From Eledone cirrhosa (Eukaryota): a stretch of DNA of 64,000 bases. Below, in pieces: positions 42,935-55,094 of the stretch (positions within the stretch are counted from its first letter, which is position 1; the number at the start of each line of letters is the position of its first letter). The notes under the pieces are model-generated. The model had not been told where the DNA came from and did not search any database. It worked only from the letters and a program-made list of their open reading frames with translations. The stretch is taken from NCBI GenBank assembly GCA_964016885.1, contig OZ024749.1, forward strand, positions 14,818,001 to 14,882,000, in the 5' to 3' direction. The position numbers and the translations under genes were made by a program.

Positions 42935-43650
42935 TTTCTTTATTAGCCACAGGGGCACAAAAGAAGGGGACAAATACAAAGGGGGAAGTTTACATACAAT
43001 AAAAACGTGTAAAATGTTATCACAGATGGAATTTAAAAGTTAGTCGATTTTCCCCAATAGAGGGAGACAGTTTATATGGGTAACACAGACCCCCGAAAAA
43101 AATGTGCAACCCTCATCTCCAGGAGTACGAAGAGCTTGTACTCCTTTCCTCTCCTCCTCCTTTTCCTCAACCTACAGGCTGATATAGAGAGAAGGCCCAT
43201 TCACTCGGGCCATTCTCGCCACTTTCACCCACCTTTCATAAAACTTGCTGGGGTACAGCACCTCTCTCTCCATCCTGATTCTTCTTCCAAAGTGGTATTT
43301 GAAAAAAAGAATCAGTTGTTGGCCGGAGAGAAAGGTGTCTGACCTCAGCCCTTTCAAACTTGTCCACCATACAACCGCTTTCGCCATAGCTATCACACAA
43401 AGGAAAACCGCCTCTCCTTCGTTTTTGAAGGAGGGTGGCGGTTTGATCATGACAATGGACTCGGTGGTCAACTGGATTGGTCCCACCCGCGACAATAGTC
43501 GTTCTACATAGCCCCACAGGTCAGTGACGCCCGGGCAGTGTATGAATGCGTGCGCGACGGTTTCTTCGTCTCGCACGCACCTCGGACAGATCTTTTTTGC
43601 AGGGTCCCTGCCCGGGCGCCCATGTCTGTAGAGCTTGTCTCGAACTGGTA
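42935..43650 (-). mobile_element. Tx1-like 3' fragment, copy 3
   Basis: EETVAHAFIHC...ERWVKVARMARV. (GATA)n flanks. Confidence 0.87.
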
Positions 43651-43654
43651 GAGC

Positions 43655-44055
43655 TCAGATAGATAGATAGAGCTGGTGTGGATAGATAGATAGATAGATA
43701 GATAGAGCTGGTGGTGGATAGATAGATAGATAGAGCTGGTGGTGGATAGATAGATAGATAGAGCTGGTGGTGGATAGATAGATAGAGCTGGTGTGGATAG
43801 ATAGATAGATAGAGCTGGTGGTGGATAGATAGATAGATAGAGCTGGTGGTGGATAGATAGATAGAGCTGGTGTGGATAGATAGATAGATAGATAGATAGA
43901 GCTGGTGGTGGATAGATAGATAGATAGAGCTGGTGTGGATAGATAGATAGATAGAGCTGGTGTGGATAGATAGATAGATAGAGCTGGTGTGGATAGATAG
44001 ATAGATAGAGCTGGTGTGGATAGATAGATAGATAGAGCTGGTGGTGGATAGATAG
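43655..44055. repeat. (GATA)n-GAGCTGGT(G)GTG minisatellite
   Basis: The same unit appears at about 39270-39298 and 41978-42020, at Tx1 junctions. Confidence 0.9.
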
Positions 44056-44149
44056 AAGTAATAATGGATATATATATAGTATACCCCACTACACCCCACT
44101 CACCCCCATACATCTCCCATGATGACAGGCTGAAGTATATATCCAGTGA

Positions 44150-44963
44150 AGCCTCCAGCCCACACAGTAAAGTAATCATAAAGGTGACATGACAAAAAGC
44201 CCCTTGCCCATACTGTAAAATGGTTGTGTAGGTGTCACGACAAAAAGCACCCAGTTCACACTGTAAAGTGGTTGTATAGGTGTCACGACAAAAAGCACCC
44301 AGTCCACACTGTAAAGTGGTTGTGTAGGTGTCGCGACAAAAAGCACCCAGTTCACACTGTAAAGTGGTTGTGTAGGTGTCGCGACAAAAAGCACCCAGTT
44401 CACACTGTAAAGTGGTTGTGTAGGTGTCGCGAGAAAAAGCACCCAGTTCACACTGTAAAGTGGTTGTGTAGGTGTCATGACAAAAAGCACCCAGTCCACA
44501 CTGTAAAGTAGTTGTGTAGGTGTCGCGACAAAAAGCACTCAGACCACAGTGTAAAGTGGTTGTGTAGGTGTCACGACAAAAAGCACCCAGTCCATGCTGT
44601 AAAGTGGTTGTGTAGGTGTCACGACAAAAAGCACCCAGTCCATGCTGTAAAGTGGTTGTGTAGGTGTCACGACAAAAAGCACCCAGTCCACACTGTAAAG
44701 TGGTTGTGTAGGTGATATGACAAAAAATACCCAGTCCACACTGTAAAGTGGTTGTGTTGGTGTCACGACAATAAGCACCCAGTCCACACTGTAAATGAGG
44801 TTGGCGCTGGCAAAGCATCCAGCTGTAGAAACCAAGTGAAAATCAGTTCTGTATGAGCAAGACAGGGTCATCTGACCTGACCTGGCATTGTTTACAACAG
44901 GACAACTTGTCTAACTTATGCTAGCATGGAACAATGGGCGTTAAATGGTGATGATGATGATGA
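44150..44963 (+). repeat. RTE/SINE 3' tail with a 48-bp unit amplified about 12 times
   Basis: Unit GTAAAGTGGTTGTGTAGGTGTCACGACAAAAAGCACCCAGTCCACACT. Continues into the normal tail ending (GAT)n. Confidence 0.9.
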
Positions 44964-46769
44964 TAGAGCAGGTGTGGTGGTTTGATGTGTGTGTGATGGG
45001 GTTCAGTGGAGTACAAGGTCAACAGAAAATAAGTGGATAGACCAGTGTCAGAGACTGGCATACAGACAGATACACACAGTAGCACACACACACAGGCACA
45101 ATCACATAGATACACAGGCAGAGAGACAGTCACTCAAACTAGCAGAGAGAGAGAGAGATTGTCAAATAGTGAAAAAACAGAAGTATTTTCCTTGAGCAAG
45201 TCTTGTCAAACTAGTTTCTGAGATAGCAGACTGGTTGTGTGCTGGTTGAAAGAGCTGTTTTGTGGGCCTTACCAACAGTATTGTGGCAGTTGAAGAACCA
45301 AAACAAGGATCATGTGGCAGACTTGATTTTAGGGCCTAAGCAAGGGTCTTCTGATGATTGGAAGAGCAGCTTTTTAGGGCCAAAGCAACAGGGTTATGGA
45401 AGGTTGACAGTTTGGTGGAAATCGTGTAATAGTTCTACTACAAAATAGGTTTGGTTAGAGGTTGTAGTAGTAGTAATGGTAGTAGTAGTAGTAGTGTTAG
45501 TAGTGTATGTTCAAAGAGCTCCTGAACCAACCAACAACCCAACCAACCAACTCCACTGAAACTTCCAATAAAACACTGTCTAACAATTATCTATTTAATT
45601 ATTAACTTAATATAATTATGGATTAATAATTATTTAATCATCTTTTTCTTCTTTCTTTCTTATAGTCTCAAGAGAAACTTAATGAGATGCGCTAGGTAAG
45701 CAGCAGGACGGCGGCTGCCATCTCTCTCTCTCTCTCTATACACACACACACACACACTGTATGTGTGTGTGTATATATGTATGTATATATAGCTATGTCT
45801 TTCTGTAATGTGACAGGTAGGGGTGGGATTGTTGACAGCAGACATGACAAGAGACACACACACACATATACACATACATTAATCACACATGCCAGACACA
45901 CACATTATATATATACACACACACACACATATATATATACATTAATCACACATGCCAGACACATACACATACTCACACACATGTCAGTATAAAAATGGCT
46001 GTAAAATGATGATGTGTCAAAATGAGAGTAAATAGAACAGAGGGGGGAGGGAGGAGTAAAGAAAATGTCTTGTTTGTCTCCAGATCTCAGTGAGCTCCAA
46101 GCTAAGCTCAAATTCCAGGGAAGGTCAGTCAACTTTGTCTTTAATTCATTTGTTCCAGATCTCTGTATGTGTGTGTGTGGGGGGGGAGGGGGCTCTGAGC
46201 TGAGTTCAAATCCCAGGGAAAACCAGTCAACATTGTCTTTTATCTGTTTGTTCCAGATCTTTTGAGCATGTGCTTTGAGCTGAGTTCAGTAAGAATTGTC
46301 TTTTATCTGTTTGTTCCAGAACTCTGTATGTGGGCTCTGAGCTGAGTTCAAATCTCAAGGAAGGTCAATCAACTTTGTCTTTCATCCGATCTGGATTGAT
46401 AAAAAAATGTACAAGTCCTGGGTGGTTGGATTGACAAGACGTCCTGTGATAGTTCTTCTAGTTTTGAACTGAGCATCTTGAGATCAAATCTTACTAGAGC
46501 CTACTTAGTTGGTAGGTGCAACCCTTAACATATTCTCTGATTTAGTAGAAAATACATAAATATGTGTTTGATAACTCAAATGTTTATAATATCTTCATAA
46601 GTAGAAGAAAACAAATAGATCGACAAGATCCCATTCTTTACTGACTGAATGGCATGGAACTTGTCAAATCAAACCAAGGAAACAATGTTTCCATTGGTAT
46701 TTCCATTGCTGATACTATCTACCAATTACAAGTAGAGACAGAGATTATTGTGAACATTTTCAGTATTAA

Positions 46770-46995
46770 CCCTTTAGTATTTAAACTGGACATATCTGGC
46801 CAGAATTCTCTCACCCTTTTCTGTTCAAACCGGCCATAACTGGCTCTGGCTGCTCATCCAAAATTAAGGTATTGTTCTCAAAATAAGTGATATCAAGATC
46901 TCATAGATTCTATATTATATGATATAATTATGCGAGATAAAGCCTTTACCGCAAATATACAATAGTAAATATAGAGTAATGTAAATGTTAAAGGG
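46770..46995. mobile_element. Unexpanded 226-bp copy of the TTAA MITE
   Basis: TTAA|CCCTTTA...TAAAGGG|TTAA with a single copy of the 60-bp unit. Confidence 0.8.
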
Positions 46996-47279
46996 TTAAA
47001 GTAAAGACTTTAGTTTTTAATGTGATGCAGTCATAGAGCTGTTTGGTATGTTTTAGGAATATTTTGGTAATGTGGTTTCATGTGGTTTGTTAATTCAAAT
47101 GTTTATAGTATCTTTACAAGAGGACAGATCACTGAGAACATCTGCAACATTATAGTAAATACAGACTGACAGACAGACATATATATACAGATGGAGATAG
47201 TTAGCTAGCTAGCTAGTAAGATAGATAGACAGCTATATAGATAGATAAACAGACAGACAAACCCGACAAATAGGCAGAC

Positions 47280-47608
47280 ATACAATTGGGGACTTTACAT
47301 ACAAGGCGTGTAAAAATGTATAACAAAAATAATGAATAAAACAAACGAAATCCCCAATAGGAGGGAGGCGTTACAAATGGGTTGCATACACCCCCCAAAA
47401 AAATGTACAACCCTCATCGCCAGGAGCACGAAGAGCGAGCACTCCTCTCTTCCTCTTCTTCCTTGACCTACAGGCTTATATAGAGAGAAGGCCCAACCAC
47501 TCGGGCCATCCTTGCCACATTCACCCACCTTTCGTAAAATTTGCTGGGGTGCAGCACCTCTCACTCCACTCTGATTCTTCTTCTAAAATGATATTTGAAG
47601 AAGCGAAC
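47280..47608 (-). mobile_element. Tx1-like 3' fragment, copy 4
   Basis: Similar to the ORF end and 3' UTR of copies 1-3. Lies in GACA/GATA repeats. Confidence 0.75.
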
Positions 47609-47676
47609 CAGACAGACAGACAAATAGATAGATAGATAGATAGATAAACAGACAGACAGACAGACAAATAGATATA

Positions 47677-47928
47677 TTTCTTTATTAGCCACAGGGGCAC
47701 AAAAGAAGGGGACAAATACAAAGGGGGAAGTTTACATACAATAAAAACGTGTAAAATGTTATCACAGATGGAATTTAAAAGTTAGTCGATTTTCCCCAAT
47801 AGAGGGAGACAGTTTATATGGGTAACACAGACCCCCGAAAAAAATGTGCAACCCTCATCTCCAGGAGTACGAAGAGCTTGTACTCCTTTCCTCTCCTCCT
47901 CCTTTTCCTCAACCTACAGGCTGATATA
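47677..47928 (-). mobile_element. Tx1-like 3' UTR, copy 5
   Basis: Essentially identical to 42935-43188. GATA/GACA flanks. Confidence 0.85.
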
Positions 47929-48607
47929 GACAGACAAATAGATAGATAGATAGATAGATAGATAAACAGACAGATAGGCAGACATATAGATAGATAGATA
48001 GATAAACAGACAGATAGGCAGACATACAGACAGACAACCACAAAATCAACCAGGTACGGTAAATGAAAGTTGGCACAAGAGAGATAGAGAGACAAAGAGA
48101 GACAGAGAGAGTGTGCATATGTGTTGGTTGGTTCAAAACATATATTTAACCAATCATACACAGAATATAATTACCGATTCTTCCAGACATATGAAGGCTT
48201 TTCTCATCTTTCCTCACTGTAATCCAGCATATAAACAACTTATTTTAAACTTCTCTCTTAAGAGACACACACAGGTAGACACACACACACACACACACAC
48301 GGCCAGGCTAATCGTTAAGAGTTATAACACCTTAACGAAGAAGAACAACAACGTTGCACATTGACACACTAACACCCACAACTAATTACAAATTATTTCA
48401 ACAGTAAGCAACTAAACACCACCACCCCTACCACATCACCACCACCACCATCAACACATAACTACTAACATTATGACCCCCTCTACCGCCACCACCACCA
48501 CCATGATCGTTTCTACTCCCACCCCCACTACCCTGCCTTTTACTTCTCACCTTCCTATTTTTAGCCTCAAAACAACCTGACTGGGTTAGATTATTTATAT
48601 ATGGGCC

Positions 48608-48662
<55 letters not shown>

Positions 48663-48863
48663 GAAGCAGAAAGAGCGTGAGAAAAAGGGAAAGAGAGGGA
48701 AAGAGAGGAGAGAGAAATAGAGGAAGAGAGAGGGAGTGAGGGAGATGAAAGAGAGTGAGAGAGAGAGAGAGACGGAGGGAGGGAGGGAGAGAAAGAGAGA
48801 AAGAGAGAAAGAGAGAAAGAGAGAAAGAGAGAGAGAGAGAGACGGAGGGAGGAAGGGAGAGAA

Positions 48864-48911
<48 letters not shown>

Positions 48912-49086
48912 TTGTGGCTATTTCTTCCCAGCAGCCCAGAAGTGAAAAGAGAAAGTGTTACTAGGTGTGATGATTTGTGTAACTGGTTTTTTTTATTTTT
49001 TTTTATTTTTAGAAATCTGTGGAAAAAACTAAAACATGTGGTAAAGTGGCAGAGTTGGTAGAGAATTAGACAAAATGTCTTGGAAG

Positions 49087-49555
49087 TATACCAGCTCTCT
49101 GAATGGTGAGTTCAAATCTCACTGAGGTTAAGTATTTATACCAGCTCTCTGAATGGTGAGTTCAAATCTCACTGAGGTCAAGTATTTATACCAGCTCTTT
49201 GTATTCTGAGTTCAAATCTCACTGAGGTCAAGTATTTATACCAGTTCTCTGTATTCTGAGTTCAAATCTCACTGAGGTCAAGTATTTATACCAGTTCTCT
49301 GTATTCTGAGTTCAAATCTCACTGAGGTCAAGTATTTATACCAGTTCTCTGTATTCTGAGTTCAAATCTCACTGAGGTCAAGTATTTATACCAGTTCTCT
49401 GTATTCTGAGTTCAAATCTAACTGAGGTCAAGTATTTATACCAGTTCTCTGTATTCTGAGTTCAAATTTCACTGAGGTCAAGTATTTATACCAGTTCTCT
49501 GTATTCTGAGTTCAAGTATTTATACCAGTTCTCTCAATGGTGAGTTCAAATCTCA
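49087..49555 (+). repeat. 50-bp minisatellite (about 9 copies) built on a SINE B-box region
   Basis: Unit contains GAGTTCAAATCTCACTGAGGTCAA. Preceded by an A-box-like TGGCAGAGTTGGTAGA. Confidence 0.85.
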
Positions 49556-49791
49556 TTTACCTCATTTACAGTGACTGCTGGATGCTTTTTTGCCGTGGCA
49601 CCTACACGTTCAGTTTGCAATGGAATTATATGGACCCCAGTCCCTATCATCTCATTTCTACAGCTGAATAAACTGGAGGAATGTGAAATAAAGTGTCTTG
49701 CTCAAGGAAACAACATCACTCGGTCTGACAATTGAACTCACAACCTTTCGATTGCAAGGTCAATGCTCTAACCACTAAGCCATGTGCCTCC
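49555..49791 (-). mobile_element. Same SINE family, 3'-truncated
   Basis: Head and CORE on the minus strand. Confidence 0.8.
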
Positions 49792-49819
49792 ATTATATAT
49801 ATATGTATATATATGTATA

Positions 49820-49866
<47 letters not shown>

Positions 49867-49868
49867 GT

Positions 49869-50480
49869 ATCATCATCATCATCAACGTTTAACGTCCGTG
49901 TTCCACGCTTGCATGGGTTTGGACGGGGGTTTTCCCACTTGAGGCAAGAGTGATTATCTTGCTCGCATAGGACTATCTGGCGGGTTTTCTACAGCTGGAT
50001 GTCCTTCCTAACACCAACCACATTTACAGTGTGGGGCTGGGAGGTTTTTACCGTGTTGCCTACACGGCCACATTACAGCGTGAACTGTGTTTTTTTTTGT
50101 CGTGACACCTACACGATCTCATTTGTTTCGGCCTGGATGTTGTGGCACCAACACAACTTTACATTGAAAGGGGCGGTGTGGATGGGGTGGGGGTGGTCGG
50201 ACGGGGGTATATTTTGTTAGAGATGCCTACTGACTATAGTAGGTTTTACTTTGTATTTAGGTAAGGCGGGTCTTCTCTATTACTGAGTACCGCCAAAGGT
50301 CTCGGTCCAGTGACATTGTCTTGGAGAGGTGTAAGTGTGTGAGGTCGGAATTTATCAGCTCGTCCCAGGTTTTTCTGGGTCTGCCTATTCCGTGGCTACC
50401 ATCTATCTTTAGTGCCCTGCACTTTGTTATACAGCTATCGTCTTTCATGCGCATCACGTGACCATACCAACGTAGCCTTC
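49869..50480 (-). mobile_element. 3' fragment of the same RTE family, head-to-tail with the full-length copy
   Basis: Encodes ...GIGRPRKTWDELINSDL... followed by the 3' UTR and (TGA)n tail. Separated from the full copy by (TA)n. Confidence 0.9.
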
Positions 50481-50494
50481 TCTCTCTCTATATA

Positions 50495-50546
<52 letters not shown>

Positions 50547-50557
50547 TATATATATAT

Positions 50558-53500
50558 ATCATCATCATCATCAACGTTTAACGTCCGTGTTCCACGCTTG
50601 CATGGGTTTGGACGGGGGTAGTCCCACTTGAGGCAAGAGTGATTGTCTTGCTCGCATAGGACTGTCTGGCAGGTTTTCTACAGTTGGATGCCCTTCCTAA
50701 CACCAACCACATTTACAGTGTGGGCCTGGGAGGTTTTTACCGTGTTGCCTACACGGCCACATTACAGCGTGGACTGTGTGTTTTTTTGTCGTGACACCTA
50801 CACGATCTCATTTGTTTCGGCCTGGATGGTGTGGCACCAACACAACTTTACATAGAACGGGGTGGCGTGGATGGGTTGGGGGTGGTGGGACGGGGGGGGG
50901 GCGTATTTTGTTAGAGATGCCTACTGGCTGTAGTAGGTTTTACTATGTATTTAGGTGAGGCGGGTCTTCTCTGTTACTGAGTACCGCCAAAGGTCTCGGT
51001 CCAGTGACATTGTCTTGGAGAGGTGTAAGTGTGTGAGGTCGGAGTTTATCAACTCGTCCCAGGTTTTTCTAGGTCTGCCTATTCCGTGGCTACCGTCTAT
51101 CTTTATTGCCCTGCACTTTGTTATACAGCTATCGACTTTCATGCGCATCACGTGTCCATACCAACGTACCCTTCTCTCGAGTAAACAACATCTGATCCCT
51201 CTTATTTCTAATTTTTTCCTTAGTTCGTTTATGCTTTGCCGTTCACGTATATTACTGTTACACATCCAGCGGAGCATGCAAGCTTCGTTCCTCTCTAGTC
51301 TGCGTATATCCTCTGCACACAATGCCCAGGTCTCACTGCCATGCAACATTGCTGTTCGTATGCAGGCATCGTACAACCTGCCTTTCATTTTTAGGGAGAA
51401 CCCTTTAGCAGCTAATAGTGGTATAAGCTCTCTGAACTTTTTCCAACCAGTTCTGACTCTAGCTACTGTACTTTCAGAGCACCCTCCCCCACAGCTGATT
51501 TTATCACCCAGGTAACGGAAACTGTCCACTATTTCTATAGAACCCTCTGCGCAATTGAAAGAGCTAGTATTTAGTGGGCACTTGCTGCTACTTATTGCAC
51601 CAGAGCACCGGCCACATGTAAAGTCTATGTTCTTAGTTAGCTTACCTGTGATCCCACTACATCTTTTATGCACCCATACTTTGCATTTAGGACATAAAAT
51701 GGAGTTTCTACCTACGCCTTTCCTACACACCGAGCACGACCATTTCCCAGAAGGGACCGCCGCCTTATTTTCTTTCCTACAAACTAGAACTTTAGTCTTA
51801 GCCAGGTTAATTTTAAGGCCTTTTGATTCTAGGCCGTGCTTCCATGTTTGGAATTTCTTCTCTAGCTCGGCCATTGATTCCGCTATGAGTGTCAGGTCGT
51901 CTGCGTATAGGAGTTCCCATGGGCAGCCGGTCTTGAACTCCTCTGTTATAGCCTGAAGGACAATAATAAATAGTAGGGGGCTGAGAACAGAGCCCTGATG
52001 GACGCCAACTTTTACGTTAAACTCTTCACTATATTCGTTGTTAATTCTAACCTTGCTGACTGTTTCTTTATACATGGCTTGTATAGCTCTCACAAGCCAT
52101 TCGTCAACGCCTAGTTTTCTAAGAGCCCACCAGATAATGGAGCGGGGGACTCTGTCGAAGGCTTTCTCCAAGTCGACAAAAGCTAAGTAGAGGGGTTTAC
52201 CTTTAGCTAGGTACTTCTCCTGTAGTTGTCGTACAATGAAAAGAGCGTCTGTGGTACTTTTGCCTGACACAAACCCGAACTGCATTTCATCTAGGTCAAT
52301 TCTCTCTCTGATTAGTTGTGCTATTACTTTTTCCGTGACCTTCATGACCTGGTCGATTAATTTAATGCCTCTATAGTTACTCCTATCTAGGGCGTCTCCT
52401 TTACCCTTATAATAGTTAACGATGATGCTGCTATGCCAGTCCTTCGGAACAACCCCATTCTGTACGACTTGGTTAACTATGCGGGTGACCATGGTGTGTC
52501 CCACCGTGCCAGATGCCTTCAGCATCTCAGCAACTATTTCCGAAGGCCCAGCCGCCTTACCCATCTTCATATCCTTGATTGCCTTACTTATTATACTCCC
52601 CTCGACTAACACTGCTGGTCCCTCTATTGGGTCGATATGGGGGAGACTGTCTTTCTCCCATTTATTCTCCTCATTTAGTAGCCTTTCATAGTGACACTTC
52701 CAAGCTACCTTCTTATCAGCGTCGGTGATGGCAAGTGTGCCATCGTCGTTTAGTACACACTTCTCCCCGACAATATCACGGTTTTCCTTGACGCATTGCC
52801 TAGCAATCCTGAACACCTCACGTTTTTGGTCATCGCGTTGTAGAACATGCTTGAACTTTCTTTCCTCAGCTTCCCTTTTTGCTAAGTACACTTGTCTCCT
52901 AGCTTCCCTCCTGGCCACTTGATAGTCTTCTCTACTTCCCCCATCCCGCCATACTTTCCAAGCCTGCTTTTTGGCCTTAATTGACCCCTCCACCTTACTG
53001 TTCCACCACCATGTTACTCTCCTCCTGCCTACAGGCCTGCTCCAGCCACAGACTTCGTCTGTCGCCAACATCAGGTTTGCTTTCAGAAATTTCCACTCTC
53101 CCTCTATATTGTCCGACTCTAAATGTTCTTCCTTACTGTCGAAAGCATCAAGTAATATGCTTTGAAATTTATTCCTGGCTGTGGGGTCCTTTAGCTTCCA
53201 TATTTTTCTCCTGAGGATAGTCCTCTTCTGCTGTCGAGTACGTCTCGTCCTGACTATGAGGTCGCTAATTATCAGTCTATGTTGGGAGGTGCATTCTTCA
53301 TGGGGGAGGGATTTAGTGTTTACAACAGACACTCTGTCACGTCTTCTGGTAAGGATATAATCTACCTGGCTTGTGTGTTCCCCGGATCTATAGGTGATCA
53401 GGTGATTGCCACGTTTTTTGAAGTTAGTGTTACAGATAGTTAGGTTATTTGCATCACAGAATTCCAGGATTCTGGAGCCTTCCTCATTTCTAGTACCAAA

Positions 53501-54340
53501 CCCATAGCCTCCATGGATTTCGTCGTAGCCGTCACAATGTTGTCCAACGTGACCATTTAGGTCGCCTGCAATAATTATATAGTCACTGTCGGATATTTGG
53601 GAGGTAGTTAGCATCAGTGTCTCATAGAATCTGTCTTTTATAGTGCCGGGCAGTCCGGATTGGGGTGCGTACGCAGATATTACTGTCAGCGTAGTTCTAT
53701 TGAGGACAAGTCGTATTTTAATTATTCTGTCGTTCACTCTATTTACGTCTATTATCTTATCTGCCCACTTTTCTGCTACCATGATTCCTACTCCGCCCAG
53801 CCCATCGTCGTTTCCCACCCAGAAAAGCTTATAACATCGTTTTTTACCCTCAATGAATCTAGCAGACCCACCCCTCCACCTGGTCTCTTGAATACAACAA
53901 ACATCGACCTCCTTACGTTCAAGCATTTCTACAACCTCGTTAGCGCGACCCTTTAGGGTGCCTACCTTTATGGTACCAACTCTGAAGTTTTGGATTGCGT
54001 TTGGGGGTTGGGGGCGGGGGGCGATGGGGTTATGTTAGCCGTCCGCGGTCGAAACAATGAGGAGTGCTCGCATTCTCGTCCAAGAGGTGAATTTGTCTTT
54101 ATCTTTGGCATTGTCGCTGAGCGTCCAGATTTTTCTCTCTCTCCTCCACTCTCCAGGATTCCGCAGTCCATCCATCCATCATATATCGAAAGGCAACCAG
54201 GCAAGCGATAGTATAGGCCTCTGGCTTCTGATTGGTCCGCGTAATAATAATACTGGTGATGCGTGGGGGCTCTGGCTTATGATTGGTCCACGTAATAGCA
54301 ATGGTGGTGCGTGGGGGCGGGAGGGAGGGGTGTTGGGTAG
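50558..54340 (-). mobile_element. Near full-length RTE-clade LINE (may extend to about 55097)
   Basis: Single long APE+RT ORF, 3' UTR ending in (TGA)n, 3' end abutting (TA)n, GC-rich 5' region with duplicated CCAAT motif. Confidence 0.93.
50951..53926 (-). CDS. RTE ORF: AP endonuclease + reverse transcriptase with embedded PHD-type zinc finger (991 aa; true start probably upstream, near 54111)
   Basis: APE motifs IQETRW, SAYAPQ, GDLNGH, VDYIL, SQH. RT motifs NYRGI, FVDLEKAFD, QGSVLSPLLF, YADD, FRYLG. C4HC3 motif. RTE C-terminus RWYGHV...GRPRKTW. Confidence 0.95.
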   Translation of the reverse strand: MLERKEVDVCCIQETRWRGGSARFIEGKKRCYKLFWVGNDDGLGGVGIMVAEKWADKIIDVNRVNDRIIKIRLVLNRTTLTVISAYAPQSGLPGTIKDRFYETLMLTTSQISDSDYIIIAGDLNGHVGQHCDGYDEIHGGYGFGTRNEEGSRILEFCDANNLTICNTNFKKRGNHLITYRSGEHTSQVDYILTRRRDRVSVVNTKSLPHEECTSQHRLIISDLIVRTRRTRQQKRTILRRKIWKLKDPTARNKFQSILLDAFDSKEEHLESDNIEGEWKFLKANLMLATDEVCGWSRPVGRRRVTWWWNSKVEGSIKAKKQAWKVWRDGGSREDYQVARREARRQVYLAKREAEERKFKHVLQRDDQKREVFRIARQCVKENRDIVGEKCVLNDDGTLAITDADKKVAWKCHYERLLNEENKWEKDSLPHIDPIEGPAVLVEGSIISKAIKDMKMGKAAGPSEIVAEMLKASGTVGHTMVTRIVNQVVQNGVVPKDWHSSIIVNYYKGKGDALDRSNYRGIKLIDQVMKVTEKVIAQLIRERIDLDEMQFGFVSGKSTTDALFIVRQLQEKYLAKGKPLYLAFVDLEKAFDRVPRSIIWWALRKLGVDEWLVRAIQAMYKETVSKVRINNEYSEEFNVKVGVHQGSVLSPLLFIIVLQAITEEFKTGCPWELLYADDLTLIAESMAELEKKFQTWKHGLESKGLKINLAKTKVLVCRKENKAAVPSGKWSCSVCRKGVGRNSILCPKCKVWVHKRCSGITGKLTKNIDFTCGRCSGAISSSKCPLNTSSFNCAEGSIEIVDSFRYLGDKISCGGGCSESTVARVRTGWKKFRELIPLLAAKGFSLKMKGRLYDACIRTAMLHGSETWALCAEDIRRLERNEACMLRWMCNSNIRERQSINELRKKLEIRGIRCCLLERRVRWYGHVMRMKVDSCITKCRAIKIDGSHGIGRPRKTWDELINSDLTHLHLSKTMSLDRDLWRYSVTEKTRLT

Positions 54341-54624
54341 CTAGATAGAAGGTAATGATTGAATGGGGTCCTTGCATTTAACAAGCGATTAACAAAAATA
54401 CAAAATTTTGTTCTGTTCGATACGACAAAAACTTTCGTATCTCACAATTAATGAATACAAAAAATGTAGATTGTTTTAGCAATAGATTGGCTATTTGGAC
54501 TTGATACGAAATATGGAGTGTGGAGGTAGAGATGAAGAAAAATATGTACATTACGTTACATGAATATCGTGGAGTAGACAGCAAAGCAATGAAATTTGGC
54601 GAAGTGAATTTCTATCATATATAT

Positions 54625-54656
<32 letters not shown>

Positions 54657-55094
54657 GCGGGGGAGGTGGCCGTATGATGATTGTGTGTATTGGGCGTTTG
54701 ACCGCCATGCCCTCGAAGTAGAGCGGGTGGGGGTCGAGGAAGCGGGAGTTTCGAGTTTCGAAAGAAGGAAAAGGATTTTGTTTTTTGTTTTGAAAATACG
54801 CTAGAATTAGGAATTGAGGTTTGAAAATACGCTAGGAATTAAGGTTTGAAAATACGCTAGATTAAGAATTAAGGAATTTATAAGAAGGAGAAGAGATAGA
54901 AGGTAATGATTGAATGGGGTCCTTGCATTTAACGCTAGAATTAGGAATTGAGGTTTGAAAATACGCTAGATAGAAGGTAATGATTGAATGGGGTCCTTGC
55001 ATTTAACAAGCGATTAACAAAAATACAAAATTTTGTTCTGTTCGATACGACAAAAACTTTCGTATCTCACAATTAATGAATACAAAAAATGTAG

